Source of the DNA: Piromyces finnis finn
Taxonomy: Eukaryota > Fungi > Neocallimastigomycota
DNA: 64,000 bases
Reading direction: 5' to 3'
Assembly (NCBI GenBank): GCA_002104945.1
Contig: MCFH01000006.1
Span: forward strand, 1,054,001 to 1,118,000
Made by a program: the position numbers and the translations under genes. The notes beneath the pieces are model-generated. The model saw nothing but the letters and a program-made list of their open reading frames with translations, had not been told where the DNA came from and searched no databases. Below, in pieces: positions 14,733-28,209 of this stretch (the stretch's first letter is position 1; the number at the start of each line of letters is the position of its first letter).

Positions 14733-15833
14733 ATGAATTTTAAACTTATCTCTGTTTTATTAACAAACATTTTATTATGCCACTCACTTCCTCATCCTTT
14801 AAATAAAAGGATTGATGAATCACTCAGTGGACAAGGTGATGTCACTTATTATGGTGAAGGTGGTTCAGATCCAGCACCAACAGGTCCAGAAGGGGGTAGT
14901 CCCGGGGCATGCGGTGTAGCACCAAGAAATAATAAATATTTTGCTGCGTTAAATTACATTCAATATGGTGAATATTCAAATCCAAATAATTCAGTTGTTT
15001 GTAGAAGATGTGTAAAGGTTAAATATGGATCAAATGAAGTAGTTGTTGAAATCGTAGACAAGTGCCCTGTATGTCAATCAGGAGATATTGATCTATCACC
15101 AACAGCCTTTACTGAGTTATTTGGAAGTTTAGATGTTGGAAGAGTCCATAATGTTAACTGGAATGAAGTTTCATGTGATGAATTGGGAGTATCGAGTGAA
15201 AATGGATCCTCTAATAATGAATCAATTAAATCTAGCTATTCTAATGAACCAAATTTATATGACTCTTCTAATGAATCAATTAAACCTAGCTCTTCTAATG
15301 AACCAAATTTATATGACTCTTCTAATAAATCAATTAAACCTAGCTCTTCTAATGAACCAAATTTATATGACTCTTCTAATGAATCAATTAAACCTAGCTC
15401 TTCTAATGAACCAAATTTATATGACTCTTCTAATGAACACAATTCTTCTAATAGATCAAGTAAATATAATTCTTCTAATAGGTCAAATAGACATAACTTT
15501 ATTAACAAAGCAAATAAATATAACTCCTCCAGCGCCTCAAATAAATATAATTCAACTTACAAAAATATTATTTCAAATAATAAATGGAATGGAAAAAAAA
15601 TAGAAAACAATAGCGATTGGAATATTCAAGATCAAAAATCAAATACTTTTGGCTATCGTAAAATCTATACTACACCCAGAAATCCTACAACTATTAATAC
15701 AACAACTTCAGTTGTATATGTTAGTTCTACTTATATTACTACTACAACATCTACTATATATATTACTGAAACCTCTACTACTTATGAAACTATTACCGCT
15801 ACAGCTCAAAAATACTTTTATCATCATAAATAA
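14733..15833 (+). CDS. Secreted expansin-like / RlpA-like double-psi beta-barrel protein with repetitive Ser/Asn and Thr-rich C-terminal region
   Basis: Signal-peptide-like MNFKLISVLLTNILLCHSLP, then GDVTYY, GACG, YFAALN, CRRCVKV, VEIVDKCPVC, DIDLSPTAF (DPBB/loosenin-type motifs). Intronless. Confidence 0.85.
   Translation: MNFKLISVLLTNILLCHSLPHPLNKRIDESLSGQGDVTYYGEGGSDPAPTGPEGGSPGACGVAPRNNKYFAALNYIQYGEYSNPNNSVVCRRCVKVKYGSNEVVVEIVDKCPVCQSGDIDLSPTAFTELFGSLDVGRVHNVNWNEVSCDELGVSSENGSSNNESIKSSYSNEPNLYDSSNESIKPSSSNEPNLYDSSNKSIKPSSSNEPNLYDSSNESIKPSSSNEPNLYDSSNEHNSSNRSSKYNSSNRSNRHNFINKANKYNSSSASNKYNSTYKNIISNNKWNGKKIENNSDWNIQDQKSNTFGYRKIYTTPRNPTTINTTTSVVYVSSTYITTTTSTIYITETSTTYETITATAQKYFYHHK
15220..15440 (+). 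repeat. 60-bp coding tandem repeat (~3.7 copies; SNESIKPSSSNEPNLYDSSN)
   Basis: tctaatgaaccaaatttatatgactcttcta... recurs at 15241, 15295/15301, 15355 and 15415 with a 60-nt period. Confidence 0.92.
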
Positions 15834-16332
15834 AAAATATACTATTTGTTAATAATAGTATAATTTATCTATTTTAAATATGTAAATTTATAAACAATGA
15901 AAATGTTTGTTAAATAACATGATCAATCTCCATACTTTTGTATTATACATTTTATTATATATGTTATATATGTTCAATTATTTTATTCATTATCATTGTT
16001 AATGTAATACAATATATATTATTGTATATTATATAAAAATAAAAAATGTAACAATAACAATATTAAATAGTTTAGTTTGTTTGTAATTTATATGTACATA
16101 ATAAAGTAAAAATTTAAATATCATATATTATTTTTTTTTATTAAATTCATTAAAATATGCTTCTCTTCTTTTTATTATATTTCCCTTCAAATACCTTCAA
16201 TACATATATATATTTGTGTATTTTCTTAATTTTATAAATTTAAATATTAAATATAAACAAAAAATATATTATTCCTTTATTATTATTATTATTATATTAT
16301 TATTATTTCCTTTATAAAATAAATAATAATGA

Positions 16333-16377
<45 letters not shown>

Positions 16378-16480
16378 AAAAACATCAAATATAGGTTCAT
16401 AAAAGCATCCCTTTTACTTTTTTGAAATATTCTAATACAGAGCATAAAACTATAAAAAAAATAAACTTTTCATATTTGTA

Positions 16481-16523
<43 letters not shown>

Positions 16524-16770
16524 GATTTACTAATTATAAATTATATTATTTATTACCATATCCTCCTTTTATTATTATTATTATTATTATTATTCGCTAT
16601 AATATTTTATTTTACTTTATTAGACATGCTTTTTGTTTATTATATATACTCATTTAATTTTTTTTTATCATTTATTTATTTATTTTTGTTATTATTATAA
16701 TTATTACTATCACAGAAATAATTATTTTTCAATTTTATTTTTTTTCTTCTTCTTCTTCTTCTTCTTTTTC

Positions 16771-16820
<50 letters not shown>

Positions 16821-17004
16821 TTATTTATTTATTTTTTTAATAGGCATTTCTATTTATGAAAACATTATTTAACTTAAAAAGTATATAATTATAATATTAT
16901 TAATTATAAATATAATACCTTAATAATATTAGTCTTTTTAAAGACTTTCTTTATTACTTAATTATTAAAAAACCGAAATGTCTTTACAACAATAAATATT
17001 TTAT

Positions 17005-18964
17005 TTAAAATGGTGAATAATTTTCTTTTACTGGAGAAGTTGTTAACTTAACTAATGGCATAGCAAAATATTGTTTCCATATTCTTTTTGTATAATGAAC
17101 TAAATTTTCATATTGTAATACAAGTCTTCTAAGTTCTGACTGTTGACTTGGAGTAGATAAAATAATATGAAGATGGGCAAATAAAGTTGCATCCAAATAA
17201 GTTGGTCTTTATAAAACAAAAAGGTAAAAATTTATTTAGTTTATTAATATATTAATTAATTATTAAATAATATATTTTATTTTTACCTTTCACCAAAGAA
17301 AAATTGATTTGAAGATATTTTTTCAGATATAGCTTCTAAAGTCATTTTTGCTTGTAAATAAATCTAAAGATTTTATATATAAAAATATATATATATATAT
17401 TTAATATTTCTAAATTAATAAATTTATATATTAAAAATAAAAATATTTAAATATTAATTTAATACTAACATCTTCATCCTTAAGAACACATTTTTTGGAT
17501 AACAATGATTTTATAATTTTTCTCTTTTCAAGATATGCAAGAATATAAGAAAATGGCTTAGGATATAAATGATGATATTCATCTAAAGTTAATGTTTTAA
17601 AGTTGACTTCATCACACCATTTATTATATAACTATAAATATAAAATTATTGTTATTATTATTATTATTACTATTACTCATTATTTATCATTCATCATTTA
17701 AAATAACAATTACCCAAGCAAGAGTTAATTTTTCTTCAACTAATGAAGAAAAGGCTTTTTCTATCGATTCGTTTTCTTCAGATAATAATTGTTTTGTTTC
17801 AGACTTTTTAAAAAAAAAAATAAAAATAAAATATTCAATTAATTTCTAATAAATATTTTTTTAAAAAAATTTTCAAATATTTAATTTACATTAAATTTTG
17901 AAATTTCTTCCAATAATCCTCTTCCTGATAATAATTCGCCTTTTTCATTTATTAAAAATGGTAATTTTCCTGTTGTTATTATTATTTTCAATTGAATGTT
18001 GTAAATATAAAAATATTTATCATTATTATTATTATTACTAAAGAATATAGATAATAAAAATATTTAACAGAAAATTTTATTTTAAACTTTATAATACCTG
18101 AAGGAGACATTCCTGGCTCACTACAATGCATTGTTATATGTTCATATTTTGAAAATAAAAGAATGGTCTAATATTATTTAAGATATAAATTTTATTTATT
18201 AATACTATGATTATTTTTATCTATTCATTTTTATTTTTATTTTTATAGAATTAAATAGCATTAAAATATAAAAGGGCTTTTAAAATTACTTGAATCTTTA
18301 AAGAATCAATATCCATTGAAGCACCATCTCTACCTTGAGTACGATTTGGTGGTGGATATATATAAAGAATTGGAACCTTTCTTTCATTCAAAATTGGTTT
18401 TGGTACATGGATTTCGGGATATTCAATTAATGGAAATTTTGAGGGAATAGCTCTTATGGTTTGGTATAAATTCACTGAATTTGATTTTATAATTTCAAGA
18501 TATGGAATATTAATTATTGTTTGATAGTAATCATTAATTATTTCTCTATTTAAAGTATTCCTAACAAATAATAAATATTGTTTTTTTGGTTCATGGTATA
18601 GATATTTTCTGGAAAGAATTTTACAATGTTTATACTGATCATTAAAATCAACAATAGTTCCCCGAAAAGCATTACATAATATTTTTTCGATAAGTTCAAA
18701 AATAGCAAAATCATCTTTAATGTCTTTTCTTACTTTATTATATTTCATTATTTGAAGAGTTTTTTTATTAATTTTATTTTGAACTTGCTCATCGCTCTCA
18801 TTTTTATCTTTTTTTTCAGTATTTCTTATATTTTTAATAGGTAAATTAATTGCTGATATTTTTGTCTTTAATGTATCAATACTGTTGAAAGAATCTTTAT
18901 TCTCTACTAAAATTGATTTAAAAGCTTTACAAATATAGGTTAAAGCTTGTTCCGTTACTTCCAT
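17005..18964 (-). CDS. Metaxin/Sam35-like GST-fold outer-membrane import (SAM) protein with ~185-aa N-terminal extension; ~7 exons
   Basis: Spliced: SKFPLIEYP...ILYIYP...SMDIDSLKIQTILLFS...GMSPSGKLPFL...FSSLVEEKLTLAWLYNKWCDEVNF...YPKPFSYIL...AKMTLEAISEKISSNQFFFGERPTYLDATLFAHL...YENLVHYTKRI. These are metaxin N- and C-domain motifs. Confidence 0.8.
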
Positions 18965-20473
18965 ATTGTAGTTTACTCTATTTAAACTTTTTAATTATAA
19001 AATAATAATGATAATAATAATAATGATGAAAAAAAAAAAAAAAAAAAAAAAGAGTTCTTTTAATTAAATAGTGTAAACTACTAAAATAACTACAATTTTT
19101 TAAACCTTCCCAAATATTAATAATTAATTAATAATTGTTTTTTGTTTTTTGTTTTTTTTATTTTTTTTTTTTTTTTTAATAAATATATATAATAGATATT
19201 CTTAATTATTAAAAAAATTAAAAAAATATTAGATTTTTTTTATGAACAATTGAATTAGATAATATTGATGGTTTGATTATTATTGGATAATATACAAATT
19301 TTTAGTTATTTAATTTTAAATGAATAATCCTTATTTTAACTATAATCAAAATCAAAATATAAAAAAAAAAAATTTTTTTTAAACACTTAAAAATTATATA
19401 AATTTCTTTTATTTTATTTCATTTTTGTGATATTATTTTATTGATAATTATTTTTTTATTTTTACTATAATTATTATATCATTGATATTATACTTTGGAT
19501 TTGTACTATTATTAATTAGCCAGTATAATGTTAATTAATAATAATTATAATTATTGTGTTATTATTATTTCTTTTTATTTTATGTCTTTTTTTTTTTTTT
19601 GTTCTTAAAAAATATATATAAAAAAAAAAGTTAAAAAAAAAAAAAACATTTTTTTTAACAACCAAGTTTGTTTGTTTGTTTGTTTTTGTTTTTTTGTTTT
19701 TTTGTTTTTTTTTTTAATTTTTAAGAACTATTTAATAAAGGCTTGTAACCATTATATAAACCTTTTTCTACAATGCAAAAGAATTTGTTAATGTGAGTTG
19801 GTATCTTTAATGAATTATTGTGTTAATAATATATTTGAAATACTACATCTTATCATTACTATTACAACTTCTTTATGATTTTTAAAAATTAATAAATTAA
19901 TAGTAATAATATACAAAATCCATAAAAATAAATAATCAATATATTTTAAATTCATTAAGTAATATTAATGAATTATTCATTAATTTTATATTTTTAAATT
20001 ATATATTATTTAAATATTTTTATTTGTTTAGTTGTTGTAATATCTCTTTATATAAAAAATTAACTATTTATCAAATATATGTTTTAATTTGTCAAAAAAA
20101 ATAAAATAAAAATAAAAAGACAATAAATAATTTTGTAAATTAAAAAAGAAATATTTTATATATTCTACTTTGTAAAAAACTATTATAGTAAAATGGAAAT
20201 AAGAATAAAATAAAATATTATTACAATTTCTATTACATTGTTATTTATAACTTTTTAAATATATTTATTAGCTTTTAAAATAAAAATAAAGTAATTAGAT
20301 ATTGTTTAAAAGAAAATAAAATTAATCTTATTTTCTTTTTTTATGAATTATGATGTTTCAAAATATTCTAATGTAATTATGTTGTTTATGAATAATGTTC
20401 AGGTAAATATTTAAAAAATAAAAAAGACTTTTAATTTATTTTACCTACATAAACAATTTACATCTTAGTCAAT

Positions 20474-23400
20474 TTACCACTTTCTTAATCTAGAGTTACC
20501 CCACTTTCTTTCACCTCCAGCACCAGAGTTACTTTCAGATCTTTCCATATCACCACTATTCATTCTTCTACCTGAGTTTGAGCTACCAGATCTACCCATA
20601 TTGAAAGCAGCTGGAGCCTTGTTACCTCTCATACTTCCTTGTCTACCAGATCCAGAATTACTACCAGATCTACCCATACTACTGTCATCAGCGAATTTTC
20701 CACTACCACTACGCATTCTGTTATTTCTAGCACTCTTTCTGCTTGAGAAGGCAGTAGTCCAACCATCATCATCAGCTGGAGCAGCTTGAGCTTGACGTTG
20801 TGGTGGAACATATTTTTCACCGGAACTAGTTCTATCAGCAAGACTCTTTGGTCTCCAAGCATTACTGCTACCAGTACTTGCGCTAGTGGCCATTTCCTTA
20901 TCTCTCATCATCTTTTGTTCAGCACGAAGTTCAGCTTCTCTTTGCTTTTCAGTTTGAAGTTCCAATAATCTTCTTTCTTCAGCAGCCTTTTGTTCCTTTT
21001 CTTTTCTTTCACGTTCCTTTCTATCTTCTTCTTCAATTCTCTTTCTTTCAATTTCTTCAAGGGCTCTTCTGCTTTCTTCTTCCTTAATCTTCTTTCTTTT
21101 TTCATCAACCTTTCTCATTCTGTAACTTTCCTTTCTAATAAACATAGCTTGATCATATTCAGCTTGAGCTACAGCCTTAATTAATTCAGTACGACGCTTG
21201 ATAATTAATTCCTTGTAACTCTTGAAATCTTCGAACATTCTTAACATACTCTTCTTTAACTTCATACCTTCTTCATGCTTAACCTTAGCAACTTCAAGTT
21301 GATGTTTACATAAAGCAACATAATGAGCACGATCAGTTTTCTTTTGTTCTTCATAATCCTTCTTTAATAATGGAATTTCTTCAATACGGTAAGCTCTGTC
21401 AGTGTAATCAAGACGCTTAGTAAGTTGTTCAATCTTCTTTTGTCTTTCGCGCTTTTCTTCTTCAGCTTGCTTAATTTGAAGTTCCTTTAATTTAGCAGTA
21501 TCAAGACTTTCAAGATCTTCTGGTTTAATATTAACATTCTTTTGTCTGGCTTCTTCAGCAAGCTTTTCAGCAAGTTTTCTAGCTTCAGCTTTTTCAGCTT
21601 CAATACGAATTTTGTTAATACGTTCTTCTTCTCTCTTTTTAGCTTCTTCAGCAAGTTTAGCTTTCTTAGCTTCTTCTTCTTGCTTCTTTTGAGCAGCACG
21701 CTTCATTTGTTCTTCTTCTTCGCGTTGAGTGTTTTCTTGTTCCTTGTGTTCCTTCTTCTTTTCAATAATCTTAATACGTTCATTAATGATTTCCTTTTCC
21801 TTTTGAAGGTTTTCAAGAGCATTCTTAATAGCAATTTCCTTACTTTCTCTCTTGATATCAGCAGTTTCTGGGTTAATTAATAAAATGACAGTTTGAAGGC
21901 GCTTAGCAAGTCTAGCTAATTGCATACGCATTTGTTCAGATGGTAAAGATTGGAGTCTTGGTCCTTCTGAAATAGATCCCTTACTAGAAATAAATGGATC
22001 ATTTCCGAAAGTTAAACTTTGAGTTTCATGGTTAATACGAATATTTAATTCATTCTTCTTACAACCATTCATAATAAACTTTTCAATAGCAAAGGAATCG
22101 TAAGCTTCATTGTTAATTAAGTTAACAACGGTGTCAATCTTAATAGTTGTGTAAATTTGAGATAATTGTTGTAATAATCTGGTTAAAATAACCTTATATA
22201 ATGGTTGAATGTATTTGTTAAGATCTTCATTACTAGATAACTTTTCAATGATTGGCTTAATTTTCTTACCAAAGGATAATGGGTGGAAACGAACTTCTAA
22301 GATATTGTAAAGTTCCTTTAATTCATTTGAAACATGAGATAAAACATTCTTTTCAAGGGCTTCTCTAATAAGAATTTCTCTAGTTGGAACAGTATTGACT
22401 CTAAGTAAACTACAAAGTCTTTGAAGCTTAGATCTGTCATCAATATCATTATGAGTTTTAGCAGTAGTAATGATTGGAATAGCTAAAGCTGACATTAAAA
22501 CAACAGAAGCCATTTTACTAAGTTCTTCTTCAGTAGCATTTTCTCTACGTCTACTTAAAGTGAAGTACTTACTCCAAGCAGCAGCGTGGAATAAATAGTT
22601 TTCACTAACAAGGAATACCTTTGCTAACTTTTCATAATAATTAATTAACATTTCATCCTTTGGTGGCTTCTTTGAAAGATCTAATAAATTGTAAATATCT
22701 TCAACAGACTTGTAAGCTTCTTGCCAGAATTCTAATTCAGCAGCAACATTTAATTGGATAAAACGGACTTCTAAGTGACGTTTTAATGATTCTTCCTTAT
22801 TTAAATCAATGGAATTTGGTTGATTAGCATACTTTAAAGTTGTTTGTAAATGAAGACGAAGAGAATCACATAAACGATGGAATTCATTTCTACGTTGGTA
22901 TTTTAAACAGAAATCAAAGGCTTGTTTAACAACTTCCTATAATTTTTAAAAAAAAACAAAAAAATATTTAGAATCTATGATTATTAATCATTTAAAAAAA
23001 TATAACTTACTTGATATAAATCTTCTAAACGAGAATTATTTCTTAAAATATCTAATGCTGTACGGTAAGCTTCCCATAAGAACTTTAACCATGGGGTAAC
23101 AACTTCTCTGTTAGTTCTATCCTTACCAACTTCACTACTAACAGAACTTAATAAAATTGATTCTGGAGTTTCAGAAGCTTCAAGATCTTCAATTGAATCT
23201 AAAGTAATCTTATCAGCCTTAGCTTGAGCTTTTTCAAGTTCCATTTCAGATAATTTAATGAAGGAATCAATGTTTTTCTATAAATAAAATAATATCATTT
23301 TATAATTTTAATATTATGTTTTTTTGTTTATTTAATTCTCTATATTTCTTGATCTTTTACATACCTTGATACTATCAACACATCTCTTAATGTTAATATC

Positions 23401-24088
23401 ATTTCCTTGGATTAAACAAATATTCTTAAATTGATGAAGAGCTTCCTTTGCCATTTTACCTTTTCTTAATTTTACAGCAAGTTCAACATACTTTTCAACA
23501 ATTGGTTCTAAAATGACAAGAGAAATAATACGATTCTTCTTTACCATAATAACATCATGTAATAATTGAAGAGCAGTTTCTTCTTGTTTAGCACGAATAA
23601 GTTCTATTTGAAGAACGCATTATTAATTAAAAAATTAAAGTTAGTATTTTTTTTATAATCTAACTTAATTAAATTTTTATTTCAAATATTGTTTATTGCT
23701 CTACTAAAAAAAAGTATTATTTTAATCTATTCAAAATTTTGCTTGATCTTCTTGCTGAATTATAAATTTAATTTGATTTATTATTTGTTTTTTATTTCAT
23801 ATATTTTTATTGTAGTTCATTTTAATTATTCTTATACTTATATTAATTTCAAAACGATTAATTAATGATTGTTTATTTAATGATTATTTGTTTACATCTT
23901 TTTTGAAATTAAAAAAAAATAAAAAATTGAATCTTATTTTACTATATTTTCATCTTTCTTAATATTTATATATTTGAATTATTTATTGAATATTTAAAAT
24001 CATAACTAAATATTATTTTTTCCATTAATCATTTAATACCTTCAGCTCTCTTAAGAGCATTTTCTGGTCTTTGATAATATTGAACCAT
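20474..24088 (-). CDS. TIF32: Eukaryotic translation initiation factor 3 subunit A; 4 exons (24088-24040, ~23604-23363, ~23276-23010, ~22937-20474)
   Basis: [79 protein letters not shown] domain, coiled coil. Strong preferred-codon usage. Confidence 0.96.
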
Positions 24089-24499
24089 CTTGTATACGAT
24101 TTTTTTTATAAATATTTATATATATTAATTAATTATTAATCAATTTGATGTTTTGATATTTTTTATTATCCTCAGTTTATATATGATTCTACAACTTCAT
24201 ATAATGCTTCGGAATCTGCGTTAATATCAACTAATATGAGCTTTAATGAACTTTTTAAATTATTTATATATATATTAAGTTCGCTCAATTATCTGTGCAA
24301 GAAAAAAAAATTGAAAATTTATTGTGTATATTAAAAAAAAAAAAAATAATGGCTGATTGATTTTTAAAATTTTATTGGTTGTTATATGTTTTTTCATCCA
24401 AATATCAATTTACATTATATATTATATTATATATTAGTTTATATTTTGCGTTTAAATTGAATATAAATTTATGTACATACATTATTGTATTTTGTATAA

Positions 24500-24544
24500 C
24501 AAATACATTTGATTATTTATTTATTTATTTATTTAGTTAGTTAG

Positions 24545-24612
<68 letters not shown>
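24500..24612. repeat. (TTTA)n microsatellite in the eIF3a/PUF60 divergent intergenic region
   Basis: Direct inspection. Confidence 0.8.
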
Positions 24613-25065
24613 TAAATTTAATAAATAAATATAAATTAATCATTAATTAGCATTATCTATTAATTAGCACTATCTCTTGTATAAAAAAAAAAATAGTTAC
24701 TACTTTTTTTGGTAATTAAAAATCCTTATTTATTATTTTAATTACATATATTACCAATCATATATTTAATAATATCAATGTAATATACATAAACTTTTAA
24801 ATATTAAATAATTTTAAATTATTATATTAATTATTTTGTTAAACAGTTTATAAAAGTAAAATTACTTTGTAAATATAATATGGAAGGAATAGAAAATAAA
24901 GACAATAATATTATTGATGATAGAAACAAAGCAAATGGTTGGAATAACGAAAGTAAAATATATAAATAAATGATATATAATATAAAAATAATATAAAAAT
25001 ATAAAAAAAAGTAAAAAAGAACATATTAATAATACTAATTTCTTTAAAAAATAGGTAGTAATGAA

Positions 25066-25106
25066 ATGCAAGTAGTGGATCCAACAAAAAAACTTGATGT
25101 AACTTT

Positions 25107-25141
<35 letters not shown>

Positions 25142-27268
25142 TAAAATTATATATACAGACATTTTACAAATAATTTAAAATTAAAATGATTATTATGTTT
25201 AATTTATACAGGACAGTTCTTTAACCGAAAATCAAAAAATGCGTTTAGAACAAGCAAGAGCATATATAGAAATTCAGAATAAAAAAGTATTTGAAATTTT
25301 GAATAATAATTACTTAATTTATTACATAAATTATAAATATGTTATTTCCTTATAAATTATATCATTATATTATCATTATTGGTTTAATAATTCATATTTA
25401 TTTAAAATATAACACTTTTTAAATACATAAAAACTCATTGTATTATACTAAATATAATATAAAGTATGAAGAAGAGCCCCAAACTATTATCAATTCTACA
25501 TTATCTTCAGCATTTAATAAAGATAATACTGGAAATGAAGCACGTACTCTTTCAATTTTATGCAGAATATATGTTGGATCTATATTTTACGATCTCACAG
25601 AACAAAATATCAGAAGCGTTTTTGCACCATATGGAAGTATAAAAGGTATTAATTTAAAAATTGATCCTTCTACAGGAAAACACAATGGATATTGTTTCAT
25701 TGATTACGATTTACCAGAAGCAGCATTCCTCGCAGTTGAAAAAATGAATGGATCTGATTTTGGTGGAAGGTAAATCATAATTCATTTATATCGTTATAAT
25801 TTAATAAAAAAAAATACATACATGCGTATTAATCTTTGATATTATTATAATTTTTAATAATATCACCTACATTGTATTATTAAATTAATAAAAATTTAAT
25901 TAATTTAAATAAATTAAATAGAAAAATAAAAGTCGGAAGACCATTTAATTTTGATATAAATTTAGTACAAACATTACCAAAACCATCACCTTCAAGAATT
26001 TACATTGCAAATGTAAATGAATATTTAACTGAAGATAATTTAAAAAGTCTTTTTACACCTTTTGGAGAAATTGAACAATGCTCATTAATTGTATGTTTTA
26101 TTATAATAGCAACGATATTATATATTTTAATAATAATTAATAACAATGATAATTTCTATAATATATAATGTTTAAATTTATTTTCTTCTAACAGCCTGAT
26201 CCAATAACAAGAAAACATAAAGGTTGCGGGTAAGAAAAGGATATTTATTCATAAAATATATATTTTTAACAATAAATACTATTACATATAAGTATAAAAT
26301 AAATATTTCAACATTAAAATGAACTTTTAATAAATAAAAAAAACGAAAATTTAAAAATTAGATTTATTGAATTTAAAAATGAAGATAATGCTACATCAGC
26401 TGTAATTAATATGAGTGGTTTCGTAATTGGAGAACAAGCTTTTCAAGTAAGAAAAAGTATTATAGGTGGACCAATGCCTGAAGGAATGAAGGCTTTAGAT
26501 AAAATACCAGTACTTTCATCAAATATACCAGCTGACGTATGGGAAACAGCAAACTCAATTAATAATAACATAGGTTTGTAATAAATATTATTATAAAAAG
26601 TAAAGTTAATCAATTTCAATATATTAATGATATAACACCATTAATAAAATTAGCTGCAGTTCCAAATAAGAATCCAATAAATCATTTAGATCAAAATCCA
26701 GAATTAGAAAAAATAAATAAACAAGAAGAACAAATGTCATTGGAAGAGAATATGTCAATTAGTGCTAGTCAAAGATTATCAATAATGCAAAAATTAGCTA
26801 GACGTGACAATGATAGTACAGTTGTATTGTTAGAAAACATGGTTACCGCAAATGAAATAGATGAAGAATTACAATCCGAAATTACATCTGAATGTAGTAA
26901 ATATGGTGAAGTTACTAAAGTTGTTGTATGGATTGTACCAGAATCACCATCAGATGAAGTTAGAATATTTATTCAATTTAATACCACTGAAGGTAATATA
27001 ATATAATTAAAAGATTTTTAATTTAAATATAGAATATAAATATATAAATTTAATTTATTAAACCTATGTATTTTAATATAATATTATAACAATTTTAACA
27101 ATAATATAATAATGAAATATAATTAATATTATTAAAAAAAAAAAAAAAAAAAAAATAGCTGCAGCAAAGGCAAATTCTGAATTAAATGGTAGATACTTTG
27201 GTGGTAGACAATTAAAGGCAAAATTATATGATTTAGAAAAGTTCAATGAAAAAGATTATGCTCAATAA
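25066..27268 (+). CDS. PUF60: Poly(U)-binding splicing factor PUF60/Half-pint-like (2 RRM + UHM), ~9 exons
   Basis: LCRIYVGSIFYDLTEQNIRSVFAPYGSIKGI...TGKHNGYCFIDY, RIYIANVNEYLTED, PDPITRKHKGCG, MSISASQRLSIMQKL, VVLLENMV...DEELQSEITSECSKYGEV, VRIFIQF, LNGRYFGGR. Confidence 0.92.
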
Positions 27269-28209
27269 CTTTGAACTACAAATAATTATTAAAATATATA
27301 AAAAGAAATAAATATATATATAATAAAAAATGTAAAATGTATTGTATTAGCTAATATCCTATATATGTGAATTAATTAACTAAACATATTATTAATCATT
27401 TTTATATTTGCACATGCACTTAAAAAATATATCCAAATAATATGGAATAAATAAAGAATATCGACTTTTACTAAAAAATAATAATTTGAGATTCATCCTT
27501 TTTATATTATTCTATGTTTTTTTTTTTTTTTTTAACTTTTTTTTTTTTTTTAATCAATTAATTATATATTATTTGTTATATAAATATATCATTCAAATAA
27601 TAATTTTAACACATACAAGATTATCTATTATTTAAAAATAAAATATATATATATATATATAATATGTAATCTTACTAGATATAATTTACATTTAAAAATA
27701 TTGTGATATTGACTTTATAAAAAAAAAAAAAAACTATCAATTAAATATTAATATCATTAAAAACGAAAAAAAAAAAATAAAATGGTATTTATTATCAACA
27801 CATAAAGAAAAAGAAGAATTTCATTTCATTTTTTATCAAAAAAAAAAAAAAAAAAAAAGATATTACATTAAATAAAAAAAAAAAAAAAATATGTTTTAAA
27901 AAATAGGTATATTATATTTATTATACATTGTAATAAATATTATCATTATTACTTTAAAAGTTTGTTTTGGTTTAAAATTATATTTTTAAAAATATAAATT
28001 TGATAAAAAGTGATGTAATAAATAAATAAAAATCTATTTTAACCTTTGCTGGGAAAATATTAATTTAAAATAAGTATCTATTAATTTTATATGAGTATGT
28101 ATATATTTTTGTTTTGTCGATATTTTTGTTTGTTAAAGTAATTACTTTACAAGGCTTCTAAGTTATATCTATTTATAAACAATTTAACTAGAATGTTTTT
28201 GAATTTATT

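Noticed and set aside
15133-15852. Overlapping ORFs in other frames of the expansin-like gene
   Set aside because: They are open only because of the 60-bp repeat and Thr-rich tract.
16422-16872. Poly-Leu/Phe hydrophobic ORFs (also 17649-17849, 24862-25071, 38207-38416, 55666-55860)
   Set aside because: They are translations of (TTA)n/(TTTA)n microsatellites, intron sequence or antisense Asn-repeat sequence.
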